From Bacteroidota bacterium (GTDB lineage Bacteria; Zhuqueibacterota; Zhuqueibacteria; Zhuqueibacterales; Geothermadaptataceae), in assembly GCA_011375275.1 (NCBI GenBank), contig DRLW01000323.1, forward strand, positions 1-31,384: DNA of 31,384 bases. The letters run 5' to 3'. Positions within the stretch are counted from its first letter, which is position 1. Every line of letters begins with the position of its first letter. The notes beneath the pieces are model-generated. The model was given only the letters and a program-made list of their open reading frames with translations. It did not search any database and was not told the DNA's origin. This document shows, in pieces, positions 9,710 through 19,365 of the stretch. The translations under genes and the position numbers were made by a program.

Positions 9710-10696
9710 TCAATCCAGCAGGCCCTGCTCGCGATACCAATCAGCCGTCTTTTTCAGGCCGGTATCGAGATCGACGACCGGTTGATAGCCCAACAGACGC
9801 TTAGCCTTGGAAATATCAAAAGCGCGATCTTTGATAAAAAAATCGACCCTGCGGCGGTAAATCGGCGGGGAGATGCCCAGAGGTTTGCAGGCGATCTCGC
9901 ACAGCAGCCCGGCAAACCACACCGGCCACACCGGGATGCGGCTCGAGGGCACGGGTTTGCCCAGAATCCCGGCGATCTTGCCGACCAGCTCGTTCAGGGT
10001 GAGATAGCCATCACCGCCGATGGTGAAAATTTCTCCAAGGGCTTCCTCGCGCTCCCCGGCCAGGGCAATGCCGGCAACCAGGTCTTCGACATAGGTGAGG
10101 TGATACAGCACCTTGCCGTTGCCGATCATGCGGAATGTGCCGTTGTTGATGTATTTGAACAGCTTGAGGAAGCGGGTATCGCCCGGGCCGTAAATTCCCA
10201 CCGGCCGGACTACCGAGCCGGGCAGGTTTTCCTTTTTAAAAAAATCCAGAGCCAGCAGCTCGCCCTCTAATTTCGAATCCTGGTAATAGTCTCCCGGCGC
10301 ATAGGGGTCTTCCTCTTTTGCCGGCGGATTTTTGATCTCGCCCTGAACGCCGACAGTACTGCAGTGCACGAAGCGGCCCACCCCGGCTTTTTTCGCTGCC
10401 TGCAGCAGCTTGCGCGTGCCCGAGACGTTGACATCCCAAAACAGTTGCCTGGGCACATTTTCAGCCCGGTACAGCGCCGCGATGTGGAAAACCACATCGA
10501 TATCCTGCATGGCCTGATCAAAATTCTCATCCTTCGCCAGATCGCCCCAGGCGTATTCGACCTCCAGGCCATCGATGGTGCTCAGGTCTGATCCCTTGCG
10601 CACCAGTACCCGGACATGATAGCCTTTATCGAGCAGATGCCGTGTCAGATAACTTCCCGTAAATCCGTTTGCTCCGGTAACCAGTGCTTTCTTCAT
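9710..10696 (-). CDS. NAD-dependent epimerase/dehydratase (extended SDR)
   Basis: ALVTGANGFTG, FHIAA, YQDSK (YxxxK), VRPVGIYGPGD. Confidence 0.9.
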   Translation of the reverse strand: MKKALVTGANGFTGSYLTRHLLDKGYHVRVLVRKGSDLSTIDGLEVEYAWGDLAKDENFDQAMQDIDVVFHIAALYRAENVPRQLFWDVNVSGTRKLLQAAKKAGVGRFVHCSTVGVQGEIKNPPAKEEDPYAPGDYYQDSKLEGELLALDFFKKENLPGSVVRPVGIYGPGDTRFLKLFKYINNGTFRMIGNGKVLYHLTYVEDLVAGIALAGEREEALGEIFTIGGDGYLTLNELVGKIAGILGKPVPSSRIPVWPVWFAGLLCEIACKPLGISPPIYRRRVDFFIKDRAFDISKAKRLLGYQPVVDLDTGLKKTADWYREQGLLD

Positions 10697-12583
10697 TTAT
10701 TTGTCCAGATAGATTTGCTTCCAGATGTGAAAAACCATCAACGCCCACAGGCGGTGGCTGTGATTTTCCCGGCCTTTCATGTGCTCGTCGATCAGACGAT
10801 TGACCACATCGGGCCGGAACAGCTTGTCGCGGTTGAGCTGATCCTGCGACAGCGTATCGGTCAGCAGCGGTTTGAGTTCCTTCTTCAGCCAGGTTTTGAT
10901 CGGAATACTGAACCCTTCTTTGCCGCGGTAGAGAATATCGTGCGGCAGCAGCCCGTGCAGCGCTTCTTTGAGGATGATCTTGGTCTTGTTTTTCTGCATC
11001 TTCATAAAACCGGGAATGCGGGCACTCAGCTCGACAACCCGGTGGTCGAGAAATGGCACGCGCGCTTCCAGCGAGGTCGCCATGCTCATGCGGTCAACTT
11101 TGACCAGAATATCATCGCAGAGATAGGTTTTGATATCGACGTACAACTGCCGGTTGAGCGGGTCGGTCGTGCCGGCGCGCTGGAAATAGCGGCGCATGAA
11201 GTCAAAAGCCGTGCTGCCGTTGCGCTGCTGCAGCAGTTCCCGGCTGTACAAATGCTTTTTTTCATCCTCAGCCAGAAAGGTCATCCAGCGCGTATGGTGC
11301 AGGTCTTCGGGCAAGTTGCTGCCCTCGACAAAGCGCAGCGCGCGGTTGATCAGCCCCTTTTTCTTCTCCGTCGGCGGCAGCAGCCCCACCGTCGGGGTGA
11401 TGATTTTCTCGCGCACAAAAGCAGGAACCATGCGGCGGTACGCCTGGTCTGTCCACTCGGCAATGTAAGTTTCATAGCCGCCGAAAAGCTCATCGCCGCC
11501 ATCACCGGAGAGCACGACCGTGACATGCTCACGCGCCATTTTCGAGACCAGATAGGTCGGAAAAATGGAGAAGTCACCGAAAGGCTCGTCGAGATGATGC
11601 ACGAGCTTCTCGGTCAAATCGAGCACATCGGGCTGGATGATAAACTCGTGATGATCGGTGCTGAAGCGCTCGGCGATCTGCCGCGCATAGTCGAGCTCGT
11701 TGTAACTGGCATTCTCAAAACCGATGGAAAACGTCTTTACCGGCTGGTCGCTCAGCCCGCTCATCAGCGCGACGATGGTGCTGGAATCGATGCCGCCGCT
11801 GAGAAAAGCGCCCAGCGGTACATCGCTGATCATGCGCTTTTTCACCGCATCGCGCAGCAGAGAGATCAGCTCATCCTGCAACTGCTCCTTGCTGGCGCCG
11901 TTTTCGGCATAGCGCAGGTCCCAGTACTCACGCGTCTCTACTTTGCCATTTCTGGAGACGAGCAGATGCCCGGCCGGCAGTTTCTTCGTGCCCTGCAGAA
12001 TGCTGTACGGCGCCGGTACGTACTCATAGGTGAGAAACAAATCCAGCGCGCGGTGATCGATCTCACGCGGCACAGCCGGCATCTGCAGCAGGGATTTCAG
12101 CTCGCTGCCGAAAACGATGCGCTTGTCGTCTGCATAATAATACAACGGCTTGATGCCGAGACGATCTCGCGCCAGGAAGAGCTGCTGGCGGTTGTTATCC
12201 CAAATTGCAAAAGCGAACATGCCGTTGAGTTTGTTCGGACACTCCGTGCCCCACTCCTCGTAAGCATGCACGATGGTTTCGGTGTCGGTTTTGGTCCGGA
12301 AGCGGTGGCCCTTTGCCTCCAGCTCCGCGCGCAGCTCCGGAAAATTGTAGATTTCACCGTTGAAGACAATCCAGATCGATTTATCCTCATTGGCGATGGG
12401 TTGCTTGCCCGTGCTCAGGTCGATGATGCTCAGGCGGCGCATGCCCATGGCGATATTGTTGAGCACAAAATAGCCGTCCTCATCCGGCCCGCGGTGGGTT
12501 ATCACCTCACACATGGCGCGCAGAACCGGCTCGCGCACCGGCTCTTCGCGTTCGAAATTCAGATATCCGCAAATTCCACACAT
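10697..12583 (-). CDS. asnB: Asparagine synthase (glutamine-hydrolysing)-like amidotransferase
   Basis: MCGICG with Cys2, MRRLSIIDL, FNGEIYN, ARDRLGIKPLYY, FLSGGIDSS, LSGDGGDELFGGY, EARVPFLD. Context points to polysaccharide amidation rather than Asn synthesis. Confidence 0.92.
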   Translation of the reverse strand: MCGICGYLNFEREEPVREPVLRAMCEVITHRGPDEDGYFVLNNIAMGMRRLSIIDLSTGKQPIANEDKSIWIVFNGEIYNFPELRAELEAKGHRFRTKTDTETIVHAYEEWGTECPNKLNGMFAFAIWDNNRQQLFLARDRLGIKPLYYYADDKRIVFGSELKSLLQMPAVPREIDHRALDLFLTYEYVPAPYSILQGTKKLPAGHLLVSRNGKVETREYWDLRYAENGASKEQLQDELISLLRDAVKKRMISDVPLGAFLSGGIDSSTIVALMSGLSDQPVKTFSIGFENASYNELDYARQIAERFSTDHHEFIIQPDVLDLTEKLVHHLDEPFGDFSIFPTYLVSKMAREHVTVVLSGDGGDELFGGYETYIAEWTDQAYRRMVPAFVREKIITPTVGLLPPTEKKKGLINRALRFVEGSNLPEDLHHTRWMTFLAEDEKKHLYSRELLQQRNGSTAFDFMRRYFQRAGTTDPLNRQLYVDIKTYLCDDILVKVDRMSMATSLEARVPFLDHRVVELSARIPGFMKMQKNKTKIILKEALHGLLPHDILYRGKEGFSIPIKTWLKKELKPLLTDTLSQDQLNRDKLFRPDVVNRLIDEHMKGRENHSHRLWALMVFHIWKQIYLDK

Positions 12584-12586
12584 GAG

Positions 12587-13777
12587 CTACTGGCCACCCT
12601 TTCTCTTCAGCAGTGCTTCGAGGTACTGATAGACTTCCTGCGTTTTTTTCAGATACGCTTCATAGCTGTACTCTTTTTCAGCCAATCGCCTGGCGTTCTC
12701 TGTGATCGCTTTGCGATAGCTGTCATCTTCGAGGACTTTGACGATGCCCTGCGCGAAATCATCCGGCTCGATCGCTGTCAGCACAGCGACCTCTTCATTG
12801 AGTACCTGAGTATGGGTCAAATGCTTCGTGGCAACGATGGGCACGCCCGAACGCAGGTACGAATAAATTTTCAGCGGCGTATTGTTGCCCTCGATGCGCG
12901 GAGAAACGAGGATGTCGGCCATATTCATGAAGGCCGGAATCTCCTCCGGCGGGCGCTGACCGGTGAAAACGAAATAGTCGCCCGTGCCTGCCTCGGCAAC
13001 GCGGGCTTTATACTGCTCCACCTGCTCCGGCTTGCCGCCAACGACGAGAAAACGCACGTTTTTCTGCTTCTCGATGACTTTCGGGCTGGCCTGCACCAGC
13101 AAATCCAGCCCCTGGTAGGGCTCGAACGTTCCGGTGTAGAGAATGACTGCCTCGCCATTGATCTCGAAGGTGCTGCGGAACTGCGGGTCCGGCTTCTGCT
13201 CGCCGAAAACGATGCTGTTATCTGCGACGTTTTCGATCAGTTTGTTGTATTTGTGCGGGAATTTATCGGTGACGTAATTCCACAGCTCCGGGCAGATGGT
13301 GATCACCGCATGCGCACTCTCAATCGTGCGGTTTTCCAGCCAGTCAAAGGTCGAGACCAGCAGCTTGTTTTTGCTGTAGGCAAAATTATGCAACTGCTGC
13401 GGCAGGCTGCTGTGCATGTCGTACAGATGCAGCAGCTTGAACTTGCGCGCCAGGCGAATGCCCATGAAACCGGCCTCTTCGTGGGTATGCAGCAGGTCAT
13501 ATCTGCCACGGCGCAGCATGCTCACGGCTTTGGCGTAGAGAACAGCGTCGAGGACCACCTTCGGCGCCGAAGGGCCGATGGCGATGTTTTTGATAAAAGG
13601 CACGCTCGCCGTACGAGTGATGTGCACGTTCTCGATGCGCACATCCTCACCGATCGGATAGGTCAGCAGATCGATCTCATAGCCGAGCTTTGACAGGGCT
13701 GTCAGGCGGTGCAGTACGCTGAACGGTGTGCCGCGTGGTTGAAAAAACGGTTGGGGAGCTATCATTAAAGTTTTCAT
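12587..13777 (-). CDS. GT4 glycosyltransferase
   Basis: APQPFFQPRGTP N-terminus, YTGTFEPYQG, SPRIEGNNTPLKIYSYL. Confidence 0.85.
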   Translation of the reverse strand: MKTLMIAPQPFFQPRGTPFSVLHRLTALSKLGYEIDLLTYPIGEDVRIENVHITRTASVPFIKNIAIGPSAPKVVLDAVLYAKAVSMLRRGRYDLLHTHEEAGFMGIRLARKFKLLHLYDMHSSLPQQLHNFAYSKNKLLVSTFDWLENRTIESAHAVITICPELWNYVTDKFPHKYNKLIENVADNSIVFGEQKPDPQFRSTFEINGEAVILYTGTFEPYQGLDLLVQASPKVIEKQKNVRFLVVGGKPEQVEQYKARVAEAGTGDYFVFTGQRPPEEIPAFMNMADILVSPRIEGNNTPLKIYSYLRSGVPIVATKHLTHTQVLNEEVAVLTAIEPDDFAQGIVKVLEDDSYRKAITENARRLAEKEYSYEAYLKKTQEVYQYLEALLKRKGGQ

Positions 13778-13894
13778 CGTTTTCTTCTCATCGAAAAGCT
13801 GAACATGCTGCGAGTGAATTTATGGAATTCCCTGATCGAGGAAGTTATCGTCAAATTTTGCGAAAAATCATTTTTTCTGCACTCCGGAGCATGG

Positions 13895-15352
13895 CTAACT
13901 GGCACCATAACCGGTGATGACCACAAAAAAAGTTTTGACCAGAATTTTAAAATCCAGCCACAGCGACCAGTTATCGATATATTCCAGGTCCATCTCGATC
14001 CAGCGCTCGAACTTGATGTTATTCCTGCCGCTGACCTGCCAGATGCAGGTGAGGCCGGGCTTGAGGGATAAGCGTCTGCGCTGCCAGAGCTGGTACATTT
14101 CCACTTCGACCGGCAGCGGCGGCCGCGGCCCGACCAGGCTCATATCGCCCTTGAGCACGTTGATGAGCTGCGGCAACTCATCGATGCTGGTTTTGCGCAG
14201 AAAACGGCCTATGGTCGTGATGCGCGGATCGCGCTTCATTTTAAAAACCGGGCCGTCCATCTCGTTTTTCTGCTCCAGGGCACGTTTTTTCATCTCCGCG
14301 CCCACGACCATGGAGCGAAATTTATACAGCGTAAACTGGCGGCCATTCAGCCCGCAGCGTTTCTGTTTAAACAACACCGGGCCTTTAGAGGTAAATTTGA
14401 TCACCAGAGCAACGACGATCATCAACGGGAACAGCAGGATCAGCAAGCTGAGGGAGATGACGATATCGAGAATGCGCTTGATGAACAGTTGCCATTCCCT
14501 GGCGTTGAACGTCTCGAATTCGAGCAGGGGAAAACCGCTGAAATCCGTCTGCCGCACTTTGGCGATGCGCAGGTTATACAAATCCATGGAAATGCTGGTG
14601 GCGATGCCTTCGCGCTCACAGGCCAAAATCGCCTCATCGATGCGATTGAGCCAGAGCCGCGGCACCACGAAAATCACCCGGTCGATCACCTTGCGGTGGA
14701 TGATGAAGGGAATATCCTGAATGCGGCCGAGCACGCGATAGCCTTCGATCTCTTTGCCGAACATGCCGTGGTCGTCATCGATCAGACCGACGATATTCAG
14801 GCCCCAGTTGGAATGCTCCTTGACCGTGCGGATGAACTGGCGTGCCCGCTTGCCCGTGCCCACGATGAGCAGATTGACCTGGTTGTAGCCGAGGGTGTGG
14901 ATTTTATCGAGAATCTTGATCAGCGCATAGCGTTCGAGCAGCAGCAAAACGATCGTCATCAGGGTATAGATGACGATGAACACCCGGCTGGTCTGCTTCA
15001 TCTGGAAAATAAAAATCAGCGAGCCGAGCAGCAGCGTGGTGATCAGCGAGGTCTTGAAAATGATCAGGACATAATTGAGGAAACGTTTGGTGCGGATATC
15101 GTGATAGGCGTTCTGCATGGACATGACGATGATCCACGCCGGCACATAGCTTGCCCAGAGTATCCAGTTTTTCTTTGCAAAATAAGCCAGGCCATAGATA
15201 TCATTGGAGTGAGCGAACGCCATACCGCTCAGCCCTGAGATCGTGCTCAGGTACAAACGCAGAAAATAGGCCAGCACAAAAGCCAGTAGAATGACGCCTG
15301 TATCGACGAACTTGATCAAACTTCGAAGAAAAGCTTCCTTTTCCCGAACCAT
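13895..15352 (-). CDS. Priming undecaprenyl-phosphate sugar-phosphate transferase (WcaJ/WbaP/CpsE family)
   Basis: N-terminal TM region, LLIVGTG domain, KRILDI, YKFRSM, DPRITTIGRFLRKTSIDELPQLINVLKGDMSLVGPRP, KPGLTCIWQV. Confidence 0.95.
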   Translation of the reverse strand: MVREKEAFLRSLIKFVDTGVILLAFVLAYFLRLYLSTISGLSGMAFAHSNDIYGLAYFAKKNWILWASYVPAWIIVMSMQNAYHDIRTKRFLNYVLIIFKTSLITTLLLGSLIFIFQMKQTSRVFIVIYTLMTIVLLLLERYALIKILDKIHTLGYNQVNLLIVGTGKRARQFIRTVKEHSNWGLNIVGLIDDDHGMFGKEIEGYRVLGRIQDIPFIIHRKVIDRVIFVVPRLWLNRIDEAILACEREGIATSISMDLYNLRIAKVRQTDFSGFPLLEFETFNAREWQLFIKRILDIVISLSLLILLFPLMIVVALVIKFTSKGPVLFKQKRCGLNGRQFTLYKFRSMVVGAEMKKRALEQKNEMDGPVFKMKRDPRITTIGRFLRKTSIDELPQLINVLKGDMSLVGPRPPLPVEVEMYQLWQRRRLSLKPGLTCIWQVSGRNNIKFERWIEMDLEYIDNWSLWLDFKILVKTFFVVITGYGAS

Positions 15353-15461
15353 CAGACTTCCTCAATCCTCTCGTTGCGTATCCGATCCAACCCGAATAAG
15401 AATACAGCGCCCCCTTCTTGCGAATACTCTCCCCCTTTCCTGCTCAACAAAATCACAGTTC

Positions 15462-15488
15462 GCGTGAGGGCCGGCAGCGCCTTCACGC
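15462..15488. other. Intergenic GC-rich hairpin just downstream of the epimerase stop
   Basis: GCGTGAGGGC/GCCTTCACGC 10-bp stem with one non-Watson-Crick pair and a 7-nt loop. Confidence 0.3.
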
Positions 15489-15494
15489 ACTCCG

Positions 15495-16448
15495 TCACGA
15501 CGTGGCGACGCGTTTAAACCACCCCACAAACTCCGTGATCCCTTCAGCCATATCCACCTGTGGTGCATAACCAATTTCCTCACGAGCCCGGGAAATATCT
15601 GCATAGGTTATAGGCACATCTCCCGGCTGAGTGGGACGGCGATCGATCACAGCTTTTTTGCCCAGTTTCTCTTCGATGAGTGCTATCAGTTCCGAAAGTG
15701 TGATGGTTCTGGATTCCCCGAGGTTGTAGATGTGATACCCCCGGCAATGGTCGAGGCTTTTCTGTACACCGTCGATGATATCGCTGATATAGGTATAATC
15801 GCGGCGGCTGGAGCCATCACCAAAAACCGGTATCGGCTCTCCGGCGTCGATCAGCCGGGTGAATTTGTGAATCGCCATATCCGGCCGTTGCCTCGGCCCA
15901 TACACGGTAAAAAAACGCAGACAGGTGATATTCATCTGATAGAGATGATGATAGGTAAACGCGATGAGCTCACAGGCCTTTTTCGTTGCTGCGTAGGGGG
16001 AAATCGGATTATCCACCGGGTCTGCTTCTGAGAACGGGACTTTCTCATTCTCTCCATAAACCGAGGAAGAAGAGGCAATCACGATGCGCTCGATGCCCTG
16101 CATGCGGGCGTGATCGAGCAACTGGATCGTCCCCTGCACGTTGACGCGCTCATAGAGTAAAGGCTGCTTTAAAGAAGGACGCACACCGGCACGCGCGGCC
16201 AGATGCACCATGGCATCGAAGCGGTGCCTGGAAAAAATCGTTTCCAGCAACTCAGCGTCTGTCAGGTCGCCCTCGATGAGTGTAAACTCACCCACGCGAC
16301 GGACTTCATCGAGGTTACGGCGTTTGATTTTCGGATCATAGTAGTCATTGAAATTGTCGAGGATAACAACTTCATGGCCGTCCTGCAGCAGCTTTTCACA
16401 ATAATGCGAACCGATAAAACCGGCTCCGCCGGTCAGCAAAACTTTCAT
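15495..16448 (-). CDS. NAD-dependent epimerase, UDP-glucuronate 4-epimerase-like
   Basis: LTGGAGFIG, HLAARAGVRPS, ASSSSVYG, YAATKK, LRFFTVYGPRQRPDMA. Confidence 0.88.
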   Translation of the reverse strand: MKVLLTGGAGFIGSHYCEKLLQDGHEVVILDNFNDYYDPKIKRRNLDEVRRVGEFTLIEGDLTDAELLETIFSRHRFDAMVHLAARAGVRPSLKQPLLYERVNVQGTIQLLDHARMQGIERIVIASSSSVYGENEKVPFSEADPVDNPISPYAATKKACELIAFTYHHLYQMNITCLRFFTVYGPRQRPDMAIHKFTRLIDAGEPIPVFGDGSSRRDYTYISDIIDGVQKSLDHCRGYHIYNLGESRTITLSELIALIEEKLGKKAVIDRRPTQPGDVPITYADISRAREEIGYAPQVDMAEGITEFVGWFKRVATS

Positions 16449-16507
16449 CCTGTGTCGCTTTCGCTTGTTGTTTAGCCTGAAAAATTCAAAAATCGCACGT
16501 CAATCAG

Positions 16508-16742
16508 CCTGGCTATCCATTTAACTCAACAATATTGCATTTTTTCAGCCAATCCGCCAGAGCACAGCACGTGGCTACACCAAAGCTGTCATTCCGGTTT
16601 CCCCGCAGGGGAAGACCGGAATCTCCCGGACTCAGGCACGAGCCCGAAAAGATGAGATTCCGGCTCTGCGCTGCGCCTGGCCGGAATGACACATGCGGTA
16701 TCTGAGCCGGGCCCGGTTGGCTGAGTGAACTGGATACCCGGA
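16508..16742 (+). mobile_element. MITE copy 1 (235 bp, no target duplication visible)
   Basis: Roughly 90% identical by hand alignment to the reverse complement of copy 2; ends CCTGGCTATCCATTTAACTCAAC...GGCTGAGTGAACTGGATACCCGGA; flanks GTCAATCAG and GTTTGTTGT do not match. Confidence 0.85.
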
Positions 16743-16764
16743 GTTTGTTGTGAATAACTTCGTG

Positions 16765-19107
16765 TCAGTATTGGTAATAGCTGTAGCCCTCATGCGCGAG
16801 ATCCGTGCTGACGCCGTTAAGAATCACGCCGATCACTTTGGCCGGGACGTGCTGATAGAGCTCCATCTTCTGCCGGGCCATGTCTCTGTGCGTCTTTCCT
16901 GCGCGCACAACGATCACCGTAGCATCGACCTGCGTACCGACAACGACCGCATCGGTTGCGGCGTTCAACGGCGGTGTATCGAAAATAATCAGATCAAAGC
17001 GCCGGCGCACCTCATCGAGAAAACGCTTCATCTGGTGTGATCCCAAAAGCTCTGAGGGATTCGGGATCAGCGCACCGCAGCTCACGACCGACAGGTTGGG
17101 AATATGCGTCTCGTTGATGATCTCCGCCACCGGCAGGTTGCTGGTCAAATATGTGCTGAAACCCGGCTCCTTGGGCACGCCAAAGGTGTTGTGCAGCACG
17201 CCACGGCGCAAATCCGTATCCACGAGCAGGGTATTGCTCTTCTGCTGGGCCATGGTGATGGCAAGGTTCGCCGCAGTAAATGACTTCCCATCTCCCGGCG
17301 CCATGCTGGTGATCACCAGACTCTGAATCCGGCCGACGCTCTTGGAAAACATGATGCTCGTGCGCAGGGAGCGGTACGCTTCCCCGATCGGCGTCGGCGA
17401 ATAATCATGGGTTACTATCTGATTATCGATGATTTTCGCTTTTTCCTGATCCTGAACATCACCGATCTCGCTGAAATCGATCTCCGGGATCGTGCCGAGC
17501 ACGTTGATGCGCAGGTTTCTGCGCACATCTTCCACGGTTTTCAGAGACTTATCCAGAAACTCGATACCCAGAGTGATGATGATACCGAGCATAAACCCCG
17601 CAATCACGCCGATGGCGGCGCGGGTTTTCTTGTTGCTGTTGACCGGCAAGTCAGGCGGCAACGCACGGTCGAGAATGGTGATCTTCTGGGTTTCGCCCTC
17701 TGTTGAAAGCCGGGCGTTTTCATAATCGCTCAAGGCTGCCTGGTACAGGTCCTGCAGGGTTTCATTTTTGCGCTCCAGCTCATCGAGCTGTGCGAGTACT
17801 GCTGGTTGCTGTTTCAGAGAGCTCTTAATTTTTCGGATCTTTGCCCGCAGCTTGCGGATTTCAACGTTATTCTCTCTGATGGTCTTTTGCGCCAGCGCGC
17901 GCACATCTGCATACTCCTTGCGCAGTTTACCAGCCAGCTCGATGGCTTTCTCGCTGAACTTGGTGTTCACCGTTTTCTTGTCATAATCTTCCTCGAGCTT
18001 GGCGATGCGTGTCCGCAACAACGAGGCACTGACATTGTCCTCAAAAATTTTCAAGCCGAGTATCTGGTTGTAGATCGTACGCTGCTCATCGCTGATCTGG
18101 CCGCCGCCCTCGTCCGCATGGGCGGCCTCACTTTTGGCCTGCTTGAGCAGATTATTCAACGCGGCATTAAACTCTTCATACGTCTCGAGCTCATCTTCGG
18201 CTTCTTTGAGCTCCTCGCTGTGACGTTTGTACTGGCTGTCCAGATCGATCCCATACCGGTCGCGGAAACGCTTCAGCTCATCACTGGATTCTTTGAGGTT
18301 TTTCTCGGCGCGCTGCAGGCGTTCTTCATAGATACTCAGGCGTTTGCTGGTAATACTGGTATCACTTGCCTTGCTTTCACGCACGAAAATCTCGGCCAGT
18401 TTGTTGGTCTTACGGCTGGCGAGATAGGGATCGTTATCCTGCAACGTCACTTCCATGATCGTGCCCGCGCCGCCATAGTTGACGCGGATACGCTCGCGAA
18501 ATGCCTGCACGGTACGGCGGAAATTATGGATGGTGAAATTCACCTCCCTGGGCAGCGCAGAAACATCATCCGAAAAGCTGAAATAAAAACCATTGACCTC
18601 GAGCGTATCTCTGCTGCCGAAAACCTGGCCATCGAGCAGCTTCTCCTCGCGCCCGTCATCATCATCAGGGAGTTTATACAGTGCAAAGGTGCCGTTGCCG
18701 GGAAAACGCAAGCTGTACTTTCCGGTTACGGGATTTTCCGAAGTAGAGAAAAAGGAAAAAACATCCTGCCGGAAAATCCTTTTCTCAGCATCATCATCAT
18801 TATCGATTTCCAGAACCAACCCCAGCTCTCGCACGATTTCCTCTGCAAAAGTGCGGCTCATAAGTTTCTGGTTACGCAGGTCAAAAAGAGTCGGGTCAAT
18901 GCCGCCGCTGTAGGTCTGAAACTGGATCACTGCCGTGGTTTCATAAACCGGCTTCTCTTTTTTAACATAGAGAACCCAGGGGACTGAAACGATAAGCGTG
19001 GTTGCTGACCACAACCACCATTTGTTGATGATCGCCTTCCAATAGCGCGTAAAATCAAACGAGCCTTCGGAATGATTTTCCTCTTCATCGAAGTAAAAAT
19101 CATCCAT
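16765..19107 (-). CDS. wzc: Polysaccharide co-polymerase / BY-kinase (Wzc/GumC family)
   Basis: Two TM segments around a coiled-coil periplasmic region, GEAYRSLRT, Walker A SMAPGDGKS, LLVDTDLRRG, IIFDTPP, C-terminal Tyr cluster EGYSYYQY. Confidence 0.93.
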   Translation of the reverse strand: MDDFYFDEEENHSEGSFDFTRYWKAIINKWWLWSATTLIVSVPWVLYVKKEKPVYETTAVIQFQTYSGGIDPTLFDLRNQKLMSRTFAEEIVRELGLVLEIDNDDDAEKRIFRQDVFSFFSTSENPVTGKYSLRFPGNGTFALYKLPDDDDGREEKLLDGQVFGSRDTLEVNGFYFSFSDDVSALPREVNFTIHNFRRTVQAFRERIRVNYGGAGTIMEVTLQDNDPYLASRKTNKLAEIFVRESKASDTSITSKRLSIYEERLQRAEKNLKESSDELKRFRDRYGIDLDSQYKRHSEELKEAEDELETYEEFNAALNNLLKQAKSEAAHADEGGGQISDEQRTIYNQILGLKIFEDNVSASLLRTRIAKLEEDYDKKTVNTKFSEKAIELAGKLRKEYADVRALAQKTIRENNVEIRKLRAKIRKIKSSLKQQPAVLAQLDELERKNETLQDLYQAALSDYENARLSTEGETQKITILDRALPPDLPVNSNKKTRAAIGVIAGFMLGIIITLGIEFLDKSLKTVEDVRRNLRINVLGTIPEIDFSEIGDVQDQEKAKIIDNQIVTHDYSPTPIGEAYRSLRTSIMFSKSVGRIQSLVITSMAPGDGKSFTAANLAITMAQQKSNTLLVDTDLRRGVLHNTFGVPKEPGFSTYLTSNLPVAEIINETHIPNLSVVSCGALIPNPSELLGSHQMKRFLDEVRRRFDLIIFDTPPLNAATDAVVVGTQVDATVIVVRAGKTHRDMARQKMELYQHVPAKVIGVILNGVSTDLAHEGYSYYQY

Positions 19108-19365
19108 AACAGAGAACTCCGGATAGTTTTGGGTTCAAGATCATCGGGTTGCCTGAGTGTATGCTGCTTCTGGCAGGAGGAAACACCGCACTGCTTTCTG
19201 TCTGAGAAAGCGATCTGGTTTCTCCCGGCGCGCGGCATATCGCTGCCTGTCTGTGTTCATCACGGGCAGCACAACCCGGTGGGCCGTATGTTATCTGAGG
19301 AATTCACAATTCCAGAAAAAATACGGCTTAACTCTCGTTTTATTATGAAGTTAAAAAACAACTCC

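Noticed and set aside
10616-13693. 1025-aa plus-strand ORF, plus other long plus-strand ORFs (1247-2347, 4620-6419, 8491-9804, 17806-18987)
   Set aside because: They are antisense shadows of well-supported minus-strand genes with no recognisable motifs. The 1025-aa one is long because the GT4, asnB and epimerase genes share one reading frame.
7719-13777. Several neighbouring genes in the same frame separated by a single stop codon (possible readthrough fusions)
   Set aside because: About one third of junctions are in frame by chance; the stops are ordinary TAA/TAG and downstream genes have their own starts.
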